A stretch of DNA of 45,386 bases, taken from NCBI GenBank assembly GCA_021790475.1, contig JAJYDU010000002.1, positions 1-45,386 on the forward strand, given 5' to 3'. Positions 17,618 through 26,604 of the stretch are shown piece by piece. Origin of the DNA: Planctomycetota bacterium (lineage in GTDB: Bacteria > Planctomycetota > Phycisphaerae > WQYP01). How positions within the stretch are numbered: position 1 is the stretch's first letter; every line of letters begins with the position of its first letter. The notes under the pieces were generated by a model. The model was not told where the DNA came from, made no database searches, and was given only the letters and a program-made list of their open reading frames with translations. The translations under genes and the position numbers were made by a program.

Positions 17618-18475
17618 ATGATACCTTATTCCGACACGTCATCCTCTCTTGCCCCGGCGCGTATCGTCGCCATTGAAACCAGCAGCCGGATCGGCTCCGT
17701 GGCGGTGGCGCTGGGACCGCAACTTCTGAACCAGCGCCGGTTCAGCCATTCCCTGCGACACGCCGTGGAACTAATGCCCGCCATCCGCGACTTAACCCGG
17801 GAGCGGGGATGGAAACCGGCTGATATTGAACATGTATATGTGTCCGTCGGACCGGGGTCCTTTACCGGTGTGCGCATCGCCATCACGGCGGCGCGGGCGC
17901 TCAACCAGGCCGTCGGCTGTCGCCTCATCGCCGTTCCCACCGTTGATGTTCTGGCTTTGAACGCTCCGGCGCAAACGGAGAACCTCGTGGTCATTCTGGA
18001 CGCCAAGCGCGGTCAGATTTACTCCGCCCGCTACCGACGAATTCTACCCGGCGAAGATTTTTCACCCGCTGCCGCCCATCCGCCCGTCCGCATCGACGGT
18101 TGGGTGCGTACCGCCGGTCCTCTGTTGACGGATCCGGAGCAATTCATCCGCCAAACACCGCGTCCTTTGGCCATGATCGGCGAAGGGATTGATTACCATC
18201 GCGACGCGATTCGGAATGCCGCCGGCGATTCCGCCGCGGCGATTGGGGAGTTGGAGCAATCGCTCTGGCCGCCGCGGGTCGAGAACGTTCATGCCCTGGG
18301 CTGGACTTTGGCCCAGGCCGGAAGATTCATTTCCCGGGAAGCGCTTTTGCCGATTTATTTGCGTAAGCCCGAAGCCGAGGAAGTATGGGAGAAAAAACGC
18401 GACGGCGGGAAAGAGCCGGCGGCGATGGGAGGCGACCTTCCCGGCCGCTATTGTCCTGATCCGCGGTCAGGATGA
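17618..18475 (+). CDS. tsaB: tRNA threonylcarbamoyladenosine biosynthesis protein TsaB (YeaZ)
   Basis: IVAIETSSRIGSVAV ... VSVGPGSFTGVRIAITAARAL is the ASKHA-fold TsaB signature. The C-terminus is extended relative to typical ~230-aa proteins. Confidence 0.85.
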   Translation: MIPYSDTSSSLAPARIVAIETSSRIGSVAVALGPQLLNQRRFSHSLRHAVELMPAIRDLTRERGWKPADIEHVYVSVGPGSFTGVRIAITAARALNQAVGCRLIAVPTVDVLALNAPAQTENLVVILDAKRGQIYSARYRRILPGEDFSPAAAHPPVRIDGWVRTAGPLLTDPEQFIRQTPRPLAMIGEGIDYHRDAIRNAAGDSAAAIGELEQSLWPPRVENVHALGWTLAQAGRFISREALLPIYLRKPEAEEVWEKKRDGGKEPAAMGGDLPGRYCPDPRSG

Positions 18476-18609
18476 GGCCTGGCTCCCTTTGGGCCCCTTG
18501 CGAAGCGGTTCCTCTCTGCCGGCGGGTGCTGGAAAACTTTTTCGTCATATCTTGCGGCCCGTTCGCGGGTGGATACGATTTGGACGTTGTTGTTTAGGAG
18601 TGGACCATT

Positions 18610-20139
18610 ATGGCTCTTCTGGGCTTGGACATTGGAACTTCCGGAACCAAGGCGCTGGTGCTTCATCCGAACGGCACGGTGGCGGCAACCGCCGAAGCAC
18701 CGCACGAATTGCAAACACCCCGACCGGGGTGGACCCAGCAAGACCCGGAAAACTGGTGGAGCGCGGCACGGACCGCGGCACACCAGGCGTTGCGAAAGGC
18801 CGGGATCAAAAGTTCGCGGATCACGGCCATTGGACTCTCCGGCCAGATGCACGGCAGCGTGTTTCTGGGTGAAGGTCCCAAGCCGCTGCGGCCGGCGCTG
18901 CTTTGGAACGACCAGCGCACCGCCGCGCAATGCCGGCGGATCGAACAAGCCGCCGGTGGTCGCGAACAGCTTATCAACATGGTGAGCAATCCGGCCTTGA
19001 CCGGCTTTACCGCTCCGAAAATTCTCTGGTTCAGAGAGAATGAACCGGCCAAATATGAAAAATGCCGGCATGTCCTTTTGCCCAAGGATTACATCCGCTA
19101 TCGCCTTACCGGTGAATATGTTTCGGAAGTGTCCGACGCATCCGGCACATTGCTGCTGGACGTCAAATCGCGGCGGTGGCATGACGATCTTATTTCGCGG
19201 CTGGGCATCGACCGATCCATCCTGCCGCCGGTCGTCGAATCGCAGGAGATCACCGGACGGATTACGCCGGCCGTGGCCGCGGCGACTGGTTTGCCGGCGG
19301 GTATACCCGTGGTGGGGGGGGCGGGCGATCAAGCCGCCGGCGCCGTGGGAACGGGTGTGGTGGCGCCGGGACTGGTATCAGCCGCAATGGGAACCAGTGG
19401 TGTGATATTCGCCGCCGCCGCTTCCCCCCGGACCGATCCGCAAGGTCGCGTTCACACTTTATGCCATGCCATTCCCAATACCTGGTGTGTATTCGGGTGC
19501 ATGCTTAGCGCCGGCGGTTCGTTGCAATGGCTGCGCAACGCGCTTTACACCGCGGAAACACAACAGTTGGTCCGGAAAAAAAAAGATCCCGGCGTTCTTT
19601 ATGAACGCATGATGGCCCTGGCCGAAAAAGCGCCGGTCGGGGCGGAAAATCTCTTTTTCCTGCCCTACCTGACCGGCGAACGCTGCCCGCATGCCGACCC
19701 GGCCGCGCGCGGATGCTTCATTGGCTTGACGCCGCGGCACGGCCAGGCGCATCTGATCCGCGCCGTTCTGGAAGGGATCACTTTTGGCATGCGCGAACAG
19801 GTGGCGATTCTGCGTTCTCTGGGCATTCCCATCGAACAGGTGCGCGCCAGCGGCGGGGGGGCCAGAAGCGCCTTCTGGCGGCGGCTCCAGGCCGACATGT
19901 ACCAGGCGCCCGTGGTGACCATTCATGTCAGCGAAGGGGCGGCGCTGGGCGCGGCGATTTTGGCGGGCGTGGGCGCCGGCCTGTGGTCCAGTGTGCCGGA
20001 GGCGACGGCTCAAATAATTCGGGTTCGCCGCCGGAACAATCCCAACGGGCGGCGGGCGGAATTTTACGAGGCGCATTACCGCAAGTATGCCGGTCTATAT
20101 CCCGCCCTGCGGGCGAGTTTTGCCGATCTCATTATATAA
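18610..20139 (+). CDS. xylB: Xylulokinase (FGGY carbohydrate kinase family)
   Basis: MALLGLDIGTSGTKALV, GLSGQMHGSV, LLWNDQRTA and the FGGY C-terminal block (GGGARSAFWRRLQADM). Confidence 0.8.
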   Translation: MALLGLDIGTSGTKALVLHPNGTVAATAEAPHELQTPRPGWTQQDPENWWSAARTAAHQALRKAGIKSSRITAIGLSGQMHGSVFLGEGPKPLRPALLWNDQRTAAQCRRIEQAAGGREQLINMVSNPALTGFTAPKILWFRENEPAKYEKCRHVLLPKDYIRYRLTGEYVSEVSDASGTLLLDVKSRRWHDDLISRLGIDRSILPPVVESQEITGRITPAVAAATGLPAGIPVVGGAGDQAAGAVGTGVVAPGLVSAAMGTSGVIFAAAASPRTDPQGRVHTLCHAIPNTWCVFGCMLSAGGSLQWLRNALYTAETQQLVRKKKDPGVLYERMMALAEKAPVGAENLFFLPYLTGERCPHADPAARGCFIGLTPRHGQAHLIRAVLEGITFGMREQVAILRSLGIPIEQVRASGGGARSAFWRRLQADMYQAPVVTIHVSEGAALGAAILAGVGAGLWSSVPEATAQIIRVRRRNNPNGRRAEFYEAHYRKYAGLYPALRASFADLII

Positions 20140-20141
20140 AT

Positions 20142-20981
20142 TCATCTTTCGGGGTCGGGGCGATGCTCCGGGTCGGCCGGGGTCAAAATCTTGTCGTTCC
20201 CGCGTGCGGCGCCCAGTTCCTGTTCACCGTAAAGCACGCTGTATTTCAGCATCACGCCGATGGTGGTTTTGTAGCAGACAATCAGGCCGAACCGCCCCTG
20301 TAAAAATCCACCGCGAAGTAAATAATATTTCAAAAACGTGCTCGCCGGACGCAACAGCAGATTTCCAAACGTGGCCCTCTGCCCGCGGGCCAGCATGTGC
20401 CGGGCCAGCAGATCCGCCCGCTCGGCCATCACCGGCCCGTCGTTGAAATTTCCCGGATGATAAGGCGTGGTGCGGTTATGCAGCAGAGAACCGCGCAGCG
20501 TGCCGCTGCGAAAGCCCGGCTTGGGCCGGCGCGTTTCCGGTATGCTCCTGGAATCCCATTCAATTCGTTCGCCGTGGAGCAGTCGCGTTTGATAATCCGG
20601 CGACCAGCAGAGCACCCATCGCCCGGCGAGAAAGTTTTTCCGCGGTATGCGGAACAGGGCGTTTGCCGACAAAACGGATTCCGGGAGGCTTTGAATCTCC
20701 CGGGCCAGTTCCGGCGAACATTCCTCGTCGGCATCCAACGCCAGCACCCACGCCTGGCGGCATTGGCGCACGGCAAATTCGCGCTGCCGGCCATATCCCA
20801 GCCAGGTCTGGCGGATCACGCGCGGTTGGACCCGGTGGGCCGCGGCGCGCTTGGCGGTATCGTCCGTGGAACCGGAATCCACCACGACAATGTCGGAACA
20901 CCAAGCCAGCGAATCGAGGCATGTTTGAATTTTGTCGGCTTCGTTCCGGCATATTACACATGCCGATATGGGGCTTGTCAT
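20142..20981 (-). CDS. Family 2 glycosyltransferase
   Basis: ISACVICRNEADKIQTCLDSLAWCSDIVVVDSGSTDDT and a LDADE (DxD-like) block. The probable start is MTSPISAC at 20981; the ORF opens at 21140. Confidence 0.8.
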   Translation of the reverse strand: MTSPISACVICRNEADKIQTCLDSLAWCSDIVVVDSGSTDDTAKRAAAHRVQPRVIRQTWLGYGRQREFAVRQCRQAWVLALDADEECSPELAREIQSLPESVLSANALFRIPRKNFLAGRWVLCWSPDYQTRLLHGERIEWDSRSIPETRRPKPGFRSGTLRGSLLHNRTTPYHPGNFNDGPVMAERADLLARHMLARGQRATFGNLLLRPASTFLKYYLLRGGFLQGRFGLIVCYKTTIGVMLKYSVLYGEQELGAARGNDKILTPADPEHRPDPER

Positions 20982-21342
20982 GCCCGGAACTTTATCCGAA
21001 ATGATTCCGGCGGAAAAGAGATTCCCATTCCCTTCCCTGTCGGAATTTTTCGAGCGACGTTGCTTTATGAGTGTGGGGCCGCGTGGCGCGCCCGGCATGA
21101 GCCGGTCGTGGCCTTGGAGTTGGCGCGCCTGGGCCATCAAACCCCGGCGATCAAAAAGGATGGGTGGGTGCGGACAACGTCCGCGTCAATGCGGTAATCT
21201 CCTCGACCATGATGGCGGTATGATACCAACGAACGGTTATGCCGGGTGCAATCTGAAATTGAAGGAATCATGACCGGCGGGTATCATATAAGCGCGGAAA
21301 GACTTTACGAACGGCGGTTTCTGAAAAACGGATGATTATATT

Positions 21343-22266
21343 ATGGCGGTTGAGTTTTGTCTTGCGCCGGCGCATCCATTTCCGTATCAGGGAAGTAAGC
21401 GTAAGCTCGCACCGTTTATTCTGCGATTCATTCCAAAGAACACGGCGTGTTTGATTGAACCATTTGCCGGTTCGGCTGCGATATCCATTGCCGCCGCCGC
21501 AACCGGACGAGCGGAAAGATTCCTTCTCAATGACATTCACAGGCCTTTGATTGATCTATGGTGGGAGATATTGAGCCGGCCGCGCCTTCTTTGTGAAAAA
21601 TACCACCGGCTTTGGAAGGAACAAAAAGGGCAGGAACGGCTTTTTTATGACAAGACGAGGACTCGGTTTAATAGAGAGCACCGTCCGGAAGACTTTTTAT
21701 ATTTGCTCGCGCGTTGTGTCAAAGCCGCCGTGCGCTACAATGGCAAAGGTGAATTCAACAACAGTCCCGACAACCGGCGAATCGGAATGCATCCTGCTGC
21801 GATGCTCAGGAATATCATGGGAGTTTCTCAACTCCTGTCGGGGCTTACCGATGTCCGATGCGACAATTACACCACGGTGCTTGCGACCGCCGGAGAAATC
21901 GACCTGGTTTATATGGATCCTCCTTATCAGGGTGTATGTGGTACGCACAATCATCGCTACCATTCGGGGGTCGATTTACATGAGTTTGTGGAATCCCTGG
22001 CCGCCCTCAACCACCGGTCTGTTTCCTACATCATCAGCTACGATGGACGGACGGGCCGGAAAAGTCATGGCCGAAAATTGCCCCGCTTCCTGAATCTGGT
22101 TCACGAAGAAATATTCGCCGGCCGTTCGACGCAGGCGACATTACTCGGTCGTAAAGATGAAACTTTTGAATCAATCTATCTCTCGCCGGCATTGGTTCAG
22201 CGGCTGGGTAAAGATTTCAAACATCTGCCAATCTCATCGCAGCCGCAATTACAGCTTTTTGCGTAA
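21343..22266 (+). CDS. N6-adenine DNA methyltransferase, Dam-like (D12 class)
   Basis: PYQGSKRKL, EPFAGSAAIS (motif I), LNDI and VYMDPPYQG (motif IV) occur in alpha-class order. GC is lower than in the flanks. Confidence 0.88.
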   Translation: MAVEFCLAPAHPFPYQGSKRKLAPFILRFIPKNTACLIEPFAGSAAISIAAAATGRAERFLLNDIHRPLIDLWWEILSRPRLLCEKYHRLWKEQKGQERLFYDKTRTRFNREHRPEDFLYLLARCVKAAVRYNGKGEFNNSPDNRRIGMHPAAMLRNIMGVSQLLSGLTDVRCDNYTTVLATAGEIDLVYMDPPYQGVCGTHNHRYHSGVDLHEFVESLAALNHRSVSYIISYDGRTGRKSHGRKLPRFLNLVHEEIFAGRSTQATLLGRKDETFESIYLSPALVQRLGKDFKHLPISSQPQLQLFA

Positions 22267-22280
22267 AGACCACGGCGCGA

Positions 22281-23018
22281 TCATTGAGCGTTTGATTCCT
22301 TCTGTGAGGCGCGTTCATGGGCGATTCGTTTGATCCAATCCGCAATAGAGAAACATTCTTTTGCGGCGCGTTGGGCGATGGTTTTGAATTCTTTAACCTC
22401 TTCCCCTATCCATTCTAAATCCACACGGCGGCGCTGCTCCATGGCGATGTGTTCATATTTTTCGGGCGAAGCCCAGAAACATTTCGAGCATATCCTTTTA
22501 TCCCTCAGTTCCCGCCAGTTTCGACAATGCTCACAGGACCAGCTCTTGATCCTTTGGAGCCAAACGGAAATTAACATGAAAGCAACGCCGGCACATTCGG
22601 ATTCATGTTGGTCGCCGGTAACTTGATACGGGATGCGGTGATCCAGGGAAAGTTGCCTGCGTTCCAGCGGTTGTCCTGTAATGGCACATCGTCCTTTCTG
22701 TTTCACATACAGGTCATTTTTAAAAGCTTTCGAAAATGCCATTCGCCCGAGTTTGGCGGTGTCGATTTTCGATGGATCCCCAAAACGATAGGCGCCAATG
22801 GATCTTCCCCTGCTGTCCTTGACCCTGTAAGTCTCCAACGGAATTCCCATATCCAATACATCCATTCGAGCTCGCGGTGGATGATGGTAGCCATAGACTT
22901 CCCTGAGTTGTTCAGTTGTTACAAACCCATGTTTCAGAATGTGATCCAAAACCACTCTAGCGCGATGCGCCGTGATCGTGCTTATCTTGGCCATGAGCTT
23001 TGGGTCGATGTTACCCAT
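22281..23018 (-). CDS. HNH-type endonuclease, putative Type II restriction partner of the adjacent methyltransferase
   Basis: GRCAITGQPL...LSLDHRIPY (the His of HNH) is followed by the Cys pairs CEHC and CSKC. An N-terminal wHTH-like region is present. The gene is convergent with the MTase, with a 14-bp gap between the stops. Confidence 0.6.
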   Translation of the reverse strand: MGNIDPKLMAKISTITAHRARVVLDHILKHGFVTTEQLREVYGYHHPPRARMDVLDMGIPLETYRVKDSRGRSIGAYRFGDPSKIDTAKLGRMAFSKAFKNDLYVKQKGRCAITGQPLERRQLSLDHRIPYQVTGDQHESECAGVAFMLISVWLQRIKSWSCEHCRNWRELRDKRICSKCFWASPEKYEHIAMEQRRRVDLEWIGEEVKEFKTIAQRAAKECFSIADWIKRIAHERASQKESNAQ

Positions 23019-23140
23019 TCATTTTCCTTATGGTTCGCCTTCATCCATAGACGAATTATCAATGTGGCGGCGGAAAAAACAAGATGGCGTCATTTCTGCA
23101 GCATGTTTCACCGTAATAATCGGCTGACGGCTATTGAATC

Positions 23141-23164
23141 TTTGTATCCCTTTGTATCCCTTTG
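23141..23164. repeat. Tandem 10-mer tttgtatccc x2 plus a partial third copy
   Basis: Read directly: tttgtatccc tttgtatccc tttg. It lies between the HNH gene start and ribH. Confidence 0.8.
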
Positions 23165-23239
23165 CCAATCCGCACCCGTTGGCTTGTCCGCCTTGCAGCC
23201 GCTACACTGGCCGGTAACGCAGAGTTCGGAGAAATACGC

Positions 23240-23752
23240 ATGGTCCAGGACATTCGCGGCGAACTGAAGGTGCATCCGCACGAACGTTTCGCCCTCGTGG
23301 TCGCCGAATTCAACGGCCTGATCACCACGCGGCTGGCGGAGGCCGCGATCGATTGCCTGCGCCGGCACGGCGCCGGCGAAGAACAGATTCTGCGCGTTTG
23401 GACGCCGGGAAGTTTTGAACTGCCGACGGTAGCCCGCCGGCTTGCCGCCGGCGGGCGCTACGCCGCCATCATCTGCCTGGGTTGCGTGATCCGCGGCCAG
23501 ACCAGCCATTTCGATCACGTGGCTCAGCAGGCGGCCCGGGGCATCGCCGCGGTCGGAGAGCAAACGGGCGTGCCCACTATTTTCGGCGTTATCACGGCCG
23601 ATACGGTGGAACAGGCCATGGACCGGGCGGGCCTGAAAATGGGCAACACGGGGTGGAACGCGGCCTGTGCCGCGATGGAAATGGCCGGTGTGATGCGCCA
23701 GCTTCACAGCCTCCCAGCCACCGATCAGAAGCCAACGCGGGAATCAGCGTGA
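23240..23752 (+). CDS. ribH: 6,7-dimethyl-8-ribityllumazine synthase
   Basis: RFALVVAEFNGLIT..., VWTPGSFELP and GCVIRGQTSHFDHV blocks. The ATG at 23240 (MVQDIRG) fits; the ORF opens at 23162. Confidence 0.9.
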   Translation: MVQDIRGELKVHPHERFALVVAEFNGLITTRLAEAAIDCLRRHGAGEEQILRVWTPGSFELPTVARRLAAGGRYAAIICLGCVIRGQTSHFDHVAQQAARGIAAVGEQTGVPTIFGVITADTVEQAMDRAGLKMGNTGWNAACAAMEMAGVMRQLHSLPATDQKPTRESA

Positions 23753-24228
23753 GGAATATCCATCACCAGCGTTCAAAAGCCCGCCGCATCGCGCTGCAGG
23801 CGTTATTCCAGGCGGACGCCCAGGGCGGCGATTTCATGGTCGTACTTCTGCCGCGGTTTATCGCCCAGGCCACGGAGGACATCGACCTTCGTCAGGCGGC
23901 TTCCAACATCGCCGGCGGCGCCTGGGACTATCGCGAAACCGCTGATCAATGGATTGGCCGTCTTGTTCCTCAATGGAATATCTCCCGCATCGCCGCGGTG
24001 GATCGAAGCGTGCTGCGGCTGGCGTTGTGGGAACTCGCCCGGCAGCCGGACGTGCCGCCGAAGGTGGCGCTGGATGAAGCCATCAATCTGGCCAGGGAAT
24101 TTTCCACGGAGGAAAGCGCCCGCTTTGTCAACGGCGTATTGGATGCGGCATGGAAAGAGCATTTGGCCTCTGCTGTCCGGCCAGAGAGTCATACCGCCGC
24201 CCCCGCCGTGGATGACCCGCCGCGGTGA
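23749..24228 (+). CDS. nusB: Transcription antitermination factor NusB
   Basis: SKARRIALQALFQAD... and LDEAINLAREFSTEESARFVNGVLD. The GTG start overlaps the ribH stop (GTGA). The ORF-track start at 23482 lies inside ribH. Confidence 0.88.
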   Translation: MRNIHHQRSKARRIALQALFQADAQGGDFMVVLLPRFIAQATEDIDLRQAASNIAGGAWDYRETADQWIGRLVPQWNISRIAAVDRSVLRLALWELARQPDVPPKVALDEAINLAREFSTEESARFVNGVLDAAWKEHLASAVRPESHTAAPAVDDPPR

Positions 24229-24319
24229 GCCGGCAAGTCCGCCGCCGGTTAGAAAGCGGGCAGCTGGGGGCAATAAGCATAAGGAGATATCGCTTAAGGA
24301 AATGCTGTGGTAAAGAAGC

Positions 24320-25138
24320 ATGACAGATGAACAGTATATCTTGCATAAAATTGCACATTTCTCTGAGAAATATGAGGCTGATTGCCTTAACTCAGAGAAA
24401 CACTCATTACTATCCAACTGGGAAGCACTACGCACGGATTGGTGGCTCGGTTTTAGATTCTTCCTCAACCGGGCTTTTATGCAGGGCCGGCGCGACAGCG
24501 TGTCGGTTCAATTCCTTAAGGCGACCAACAAGGCACTTGCCACACTCTTGCCGCTCGATATAAATATGATCGAACGCTCCGCCCTTATCTTCCAATGGTA
24601 TACAAAGGGTTGGTTATGCTTATGCAATAAAGACAACAACCCCATAAAAAAAGCCCTCCACGAGGAGTATCCAATTGACATGAATGGGAAATCAAAAGAT
24701 TCCATAACCGGGAAAGCCCGTGACTGTGAGATGGTCCTCGACATCTTCCGTTTCATCTGCGAAAAAAAGTCAGCCGAGGGCCAGATATTGAACATCGCCG
24801 CCTACGCTGCGGAGTGTATCGAGGCCGGCAATACAGAGAAAGCCCATAAGGAGTTGGACGAGATCTGGCAGATCGGACCTAAGATCGCCGCGTTCTTTCT
24901 ACGTGACCTTGCTACCGTATTGCAGTTGAAACCGGTTCCGCGGGATTACCGTTTTCTCCAACCTGTAGACACTTGGGTCGGGCAGATCGCCGACAAGCTG
25001 AATATTCATGCTGACAAGCTTGTCGATGCCTGCCAATCTGCAGGGGTGGACCCTATACGCTTCAACCAAGGAGCGTGGTATCTAGGGAAACACAGTTTAG
25101 ACCTGCTCCTTGAGAACCTGGACGGAAAAAACCATTAG
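24320..25138 (+). CDS. Hypothetical protein with HhH-GPD-like (endonuclease III-like) DNA glycosylase motifs
   Basis: ELDEIWQIGPKIAAFFLRDLA...FLQPVDTWVGQIADKLN parallels the Nth-type helix-hairpin-helix (GxGxKTA) followed by the xVDTHxxR catalytic-Asp block. No Fe-S Cys cluster is seen. GC is clearly lower than in nusB and ftsY. Confidence 0.45.
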   Translation: MTDEQYILHKIAHFSEKYEADCLNSEKHSLLSNWEALRTDWWLGFRFFLNRAFMQGRRDSVSVQFLKATNKALATLLPLDINMIERSALIFQWYTKGWLCLCNKDNNPIKKALHEEYPIDMNGKSKDSITGKARDCEMVLDIFRFICEKKSAEGQILNIAAYAAECIEAGNTEKAHKELDEIWQIGPKIAAFFLRDLATVLQLKPVPRDYRFLQPVDTWVGQIADKLNIHADKLVDACQSAGVDPIRFNQGAWYLGKHSLDLLLENLDGKNH

Positions 25139-25162
25139 GTTCTGTCTTAAAACAGTGGTCGA

Positions 25163-25358
25163 ACAGGTGAATGATGGCATTGGATTTTCTTCGCAAAGCG
25201 ATCGGCCAGAGTGTGGGCAAGCTCCGCACCGGCTTGACCCGGACGCGCAACGCATTGGTCGGTTCGCCCCAGTCCCTCTTGCGCGGCTGGCAGCTCGATC
25301 AGCAGCTTCTCGACGAGCTGTGCTGGCGTCTGATCCTGGCGGATCTGGGCGTGGCGGC
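25163..25358 (+). repeat. Left copy of the 196-bp direct repeat (ftsY leader plus first ~62 codons)
   Basis: 189/196 identical to 26605..26800 by direct alignment, and all 7 differences are transitions. Confidence 0.95.
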
Positions 25359-25497
25359 CAAGACGCTCGGCTTTGCCAACCGGTTTGGGCGCGGGATTGC
25401 CCTTGCCCAGAGCTTGTTGCGGAAGAATGGAAGTCCGCCGCTGAGATATATAGTTGGCGAGAATCACCTGGCCATGATCGTGGAGAAACGATCATGA
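25171..25497 (+). pseudogene. Displaced ftsY 5' fragment fused to unrelated sequence (108-codon chimeric ORF)
   Basis: The first ~62 codons match FtsY (MMALDFLRKAIGQSV...LILADLGVAA). Three Arg codons of the intact copy read Trp/Cys/Trp here. The ORF then continues into unique sequence and stops at a TGA overlapping the ParA-like ATG (ATGA). Confidence 0.7.
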
Positions 25498-26525
25498 AAA
25501 CAATAGCCTTCTTCAATAACAAGGGCGGGGTGGGAAAAACATCAATGGTTTACCACCTGGCATGGATGTTCCATGACCTGGGACATAGAGTGCTGGCCGT
25601 CGATCTTGATCCGCAGTCCAATCTGACCAGCATATTTCTGGACGAGACTGAGGTTGAAAAGCTATGGCCGGAGGATAAGCACCCCCACACGATTCTTGGC
25701 TCGGTTAACCCATTGATTGAGAGCCTTGGGGATATTCAGACTCCCCAGGCGATACAACTGTCTCCCGGACTCTCGCTGGTCGCGGGCGATCTGGGGCTAA
25801 GTGCGTTTGAGGATCGTTTATCCGAGGCATGGGGAAAATGCCTGGATGACAAGACTGCTATTGCCGGTGACGGTTTTCGCGTAGTTACCGCTTTCCACAG
25901 GGTCATGGAGTCCGCGGCGGAGAGTGGTGGCAGTGAACTGGTGCTGATTGATGTCGGTCCCAATATCGGCGCGATGAACCGCGCCGCATTGGTCGCCGCC
26001 GATTTTGTCGTGATACCGTTGGGGGCCGATTTGTTTTCACTGCAGGGTCTGCGTAACCTTGGCCCTACTCTCCGGGATTGGAGATTGGGTTGGGAGACTC
26101 GAAAAAAAGGGAGAGTGCCGGCAGGATTATCGCTGCCGTCGGGCCGCATGTTGCCGTTGGGGTATGTGCTGCTGAATCCTTCGGTTCGTGAAAACCGTCC
26201 GGTGAAATCCTATTTGAAGTGGGCTAACCGAATTCCCGCCACCTATACCAAGGAGATTCTCGGCGGGATGCCAGACGCGGAGATTGCGGCAACTGACCCG
26301 AATCAACTCGCCATGCTCAAGCATTTCAAGAGTTTGATGCCGATGGCGCAGGATGCCCGCAAGCCCATGTTTCATCTGACTTCCGCGGATGGGGCCATTG
26401 GAGGGCACGCCGGCGCTGTTCAGGATTGTAAGCAACAATTCGAAATATTGGCGCAGCGCATTTTAGAACGAATCGGGCCGGCTCAATCAGACGCTCTCTC
26501 CGGCGATGTTGGAATGGCAACGTAA
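25494..26525 (+). CDS. ParA/MinD-family P-loop ATPase (long, ~343 aa, no ParB partner)
   Basis: Deviant Walker A at MKTIAFFNNKGGVGKTS, then VLAVDLDPQSNLT and VLIDVGPNIGAMN (Walker B region). The C-terminal ~130 aa lie beyond the ParA core. The ORF-track start at 25110 is an upstream extension in a stop-free frame. Confidence 0.85.
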   Translation: MKTIAFFNNKGGVGKTSMVYHLAWMFHDLGHRVLAVDLDPQSNLTSIFLDETEVEKLWPEDKHPHTILGSVNPLIESLGDIQTPQAIQLSPGLSLVAGDLGLSAFEDRLSEAWGKCLDDKTAIAGDGFRVVTAFHRVMESAAESGGSELVLIDVGPNIGAMNRAALVAADFVVIPLGADLFSLQGLRNLGPTLRDWRLGWETRKKGRVPAGLSLPSGRMLPLGYVLLNPSVRENRPVKSYLKWANRIPATYTKEILGGMPDAEIAATDPNQLAMLKHFKSLMPMAQDARKPMFHLTSADGAIGGHAGAVQDCKQQFEILAQRILERIGPAQSDALSGDVGMAT

Positions 26526-26604
26526 CGGCTCTGCCGCAACCGTTCAATTTTAACATGGGACATTTGGATAATGAGCCGTCGTGGCGCGAGGGAAGTGGCG
26601 GATG

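Noticed and set aside
23019-23239. FMN (RFN) riboswitch upstream of ribH
   Set aside because: None of the conserved RFN core strings could be found by eye. The region is instead occupied by the 10-mer tandem repeat and the R-M junction.
25110-25493. N-terminal 128-codon extension of the ParA-like ORF (the 471-aa version)
   Set aside because: The extension runs through the ftsY-derived repeat in a different frame from FtsY and gives an Arg/Ala/Pro-rich translation. The canonical ParA N-terminus MKTIAFFNNKGGVGKT begins at 25494.
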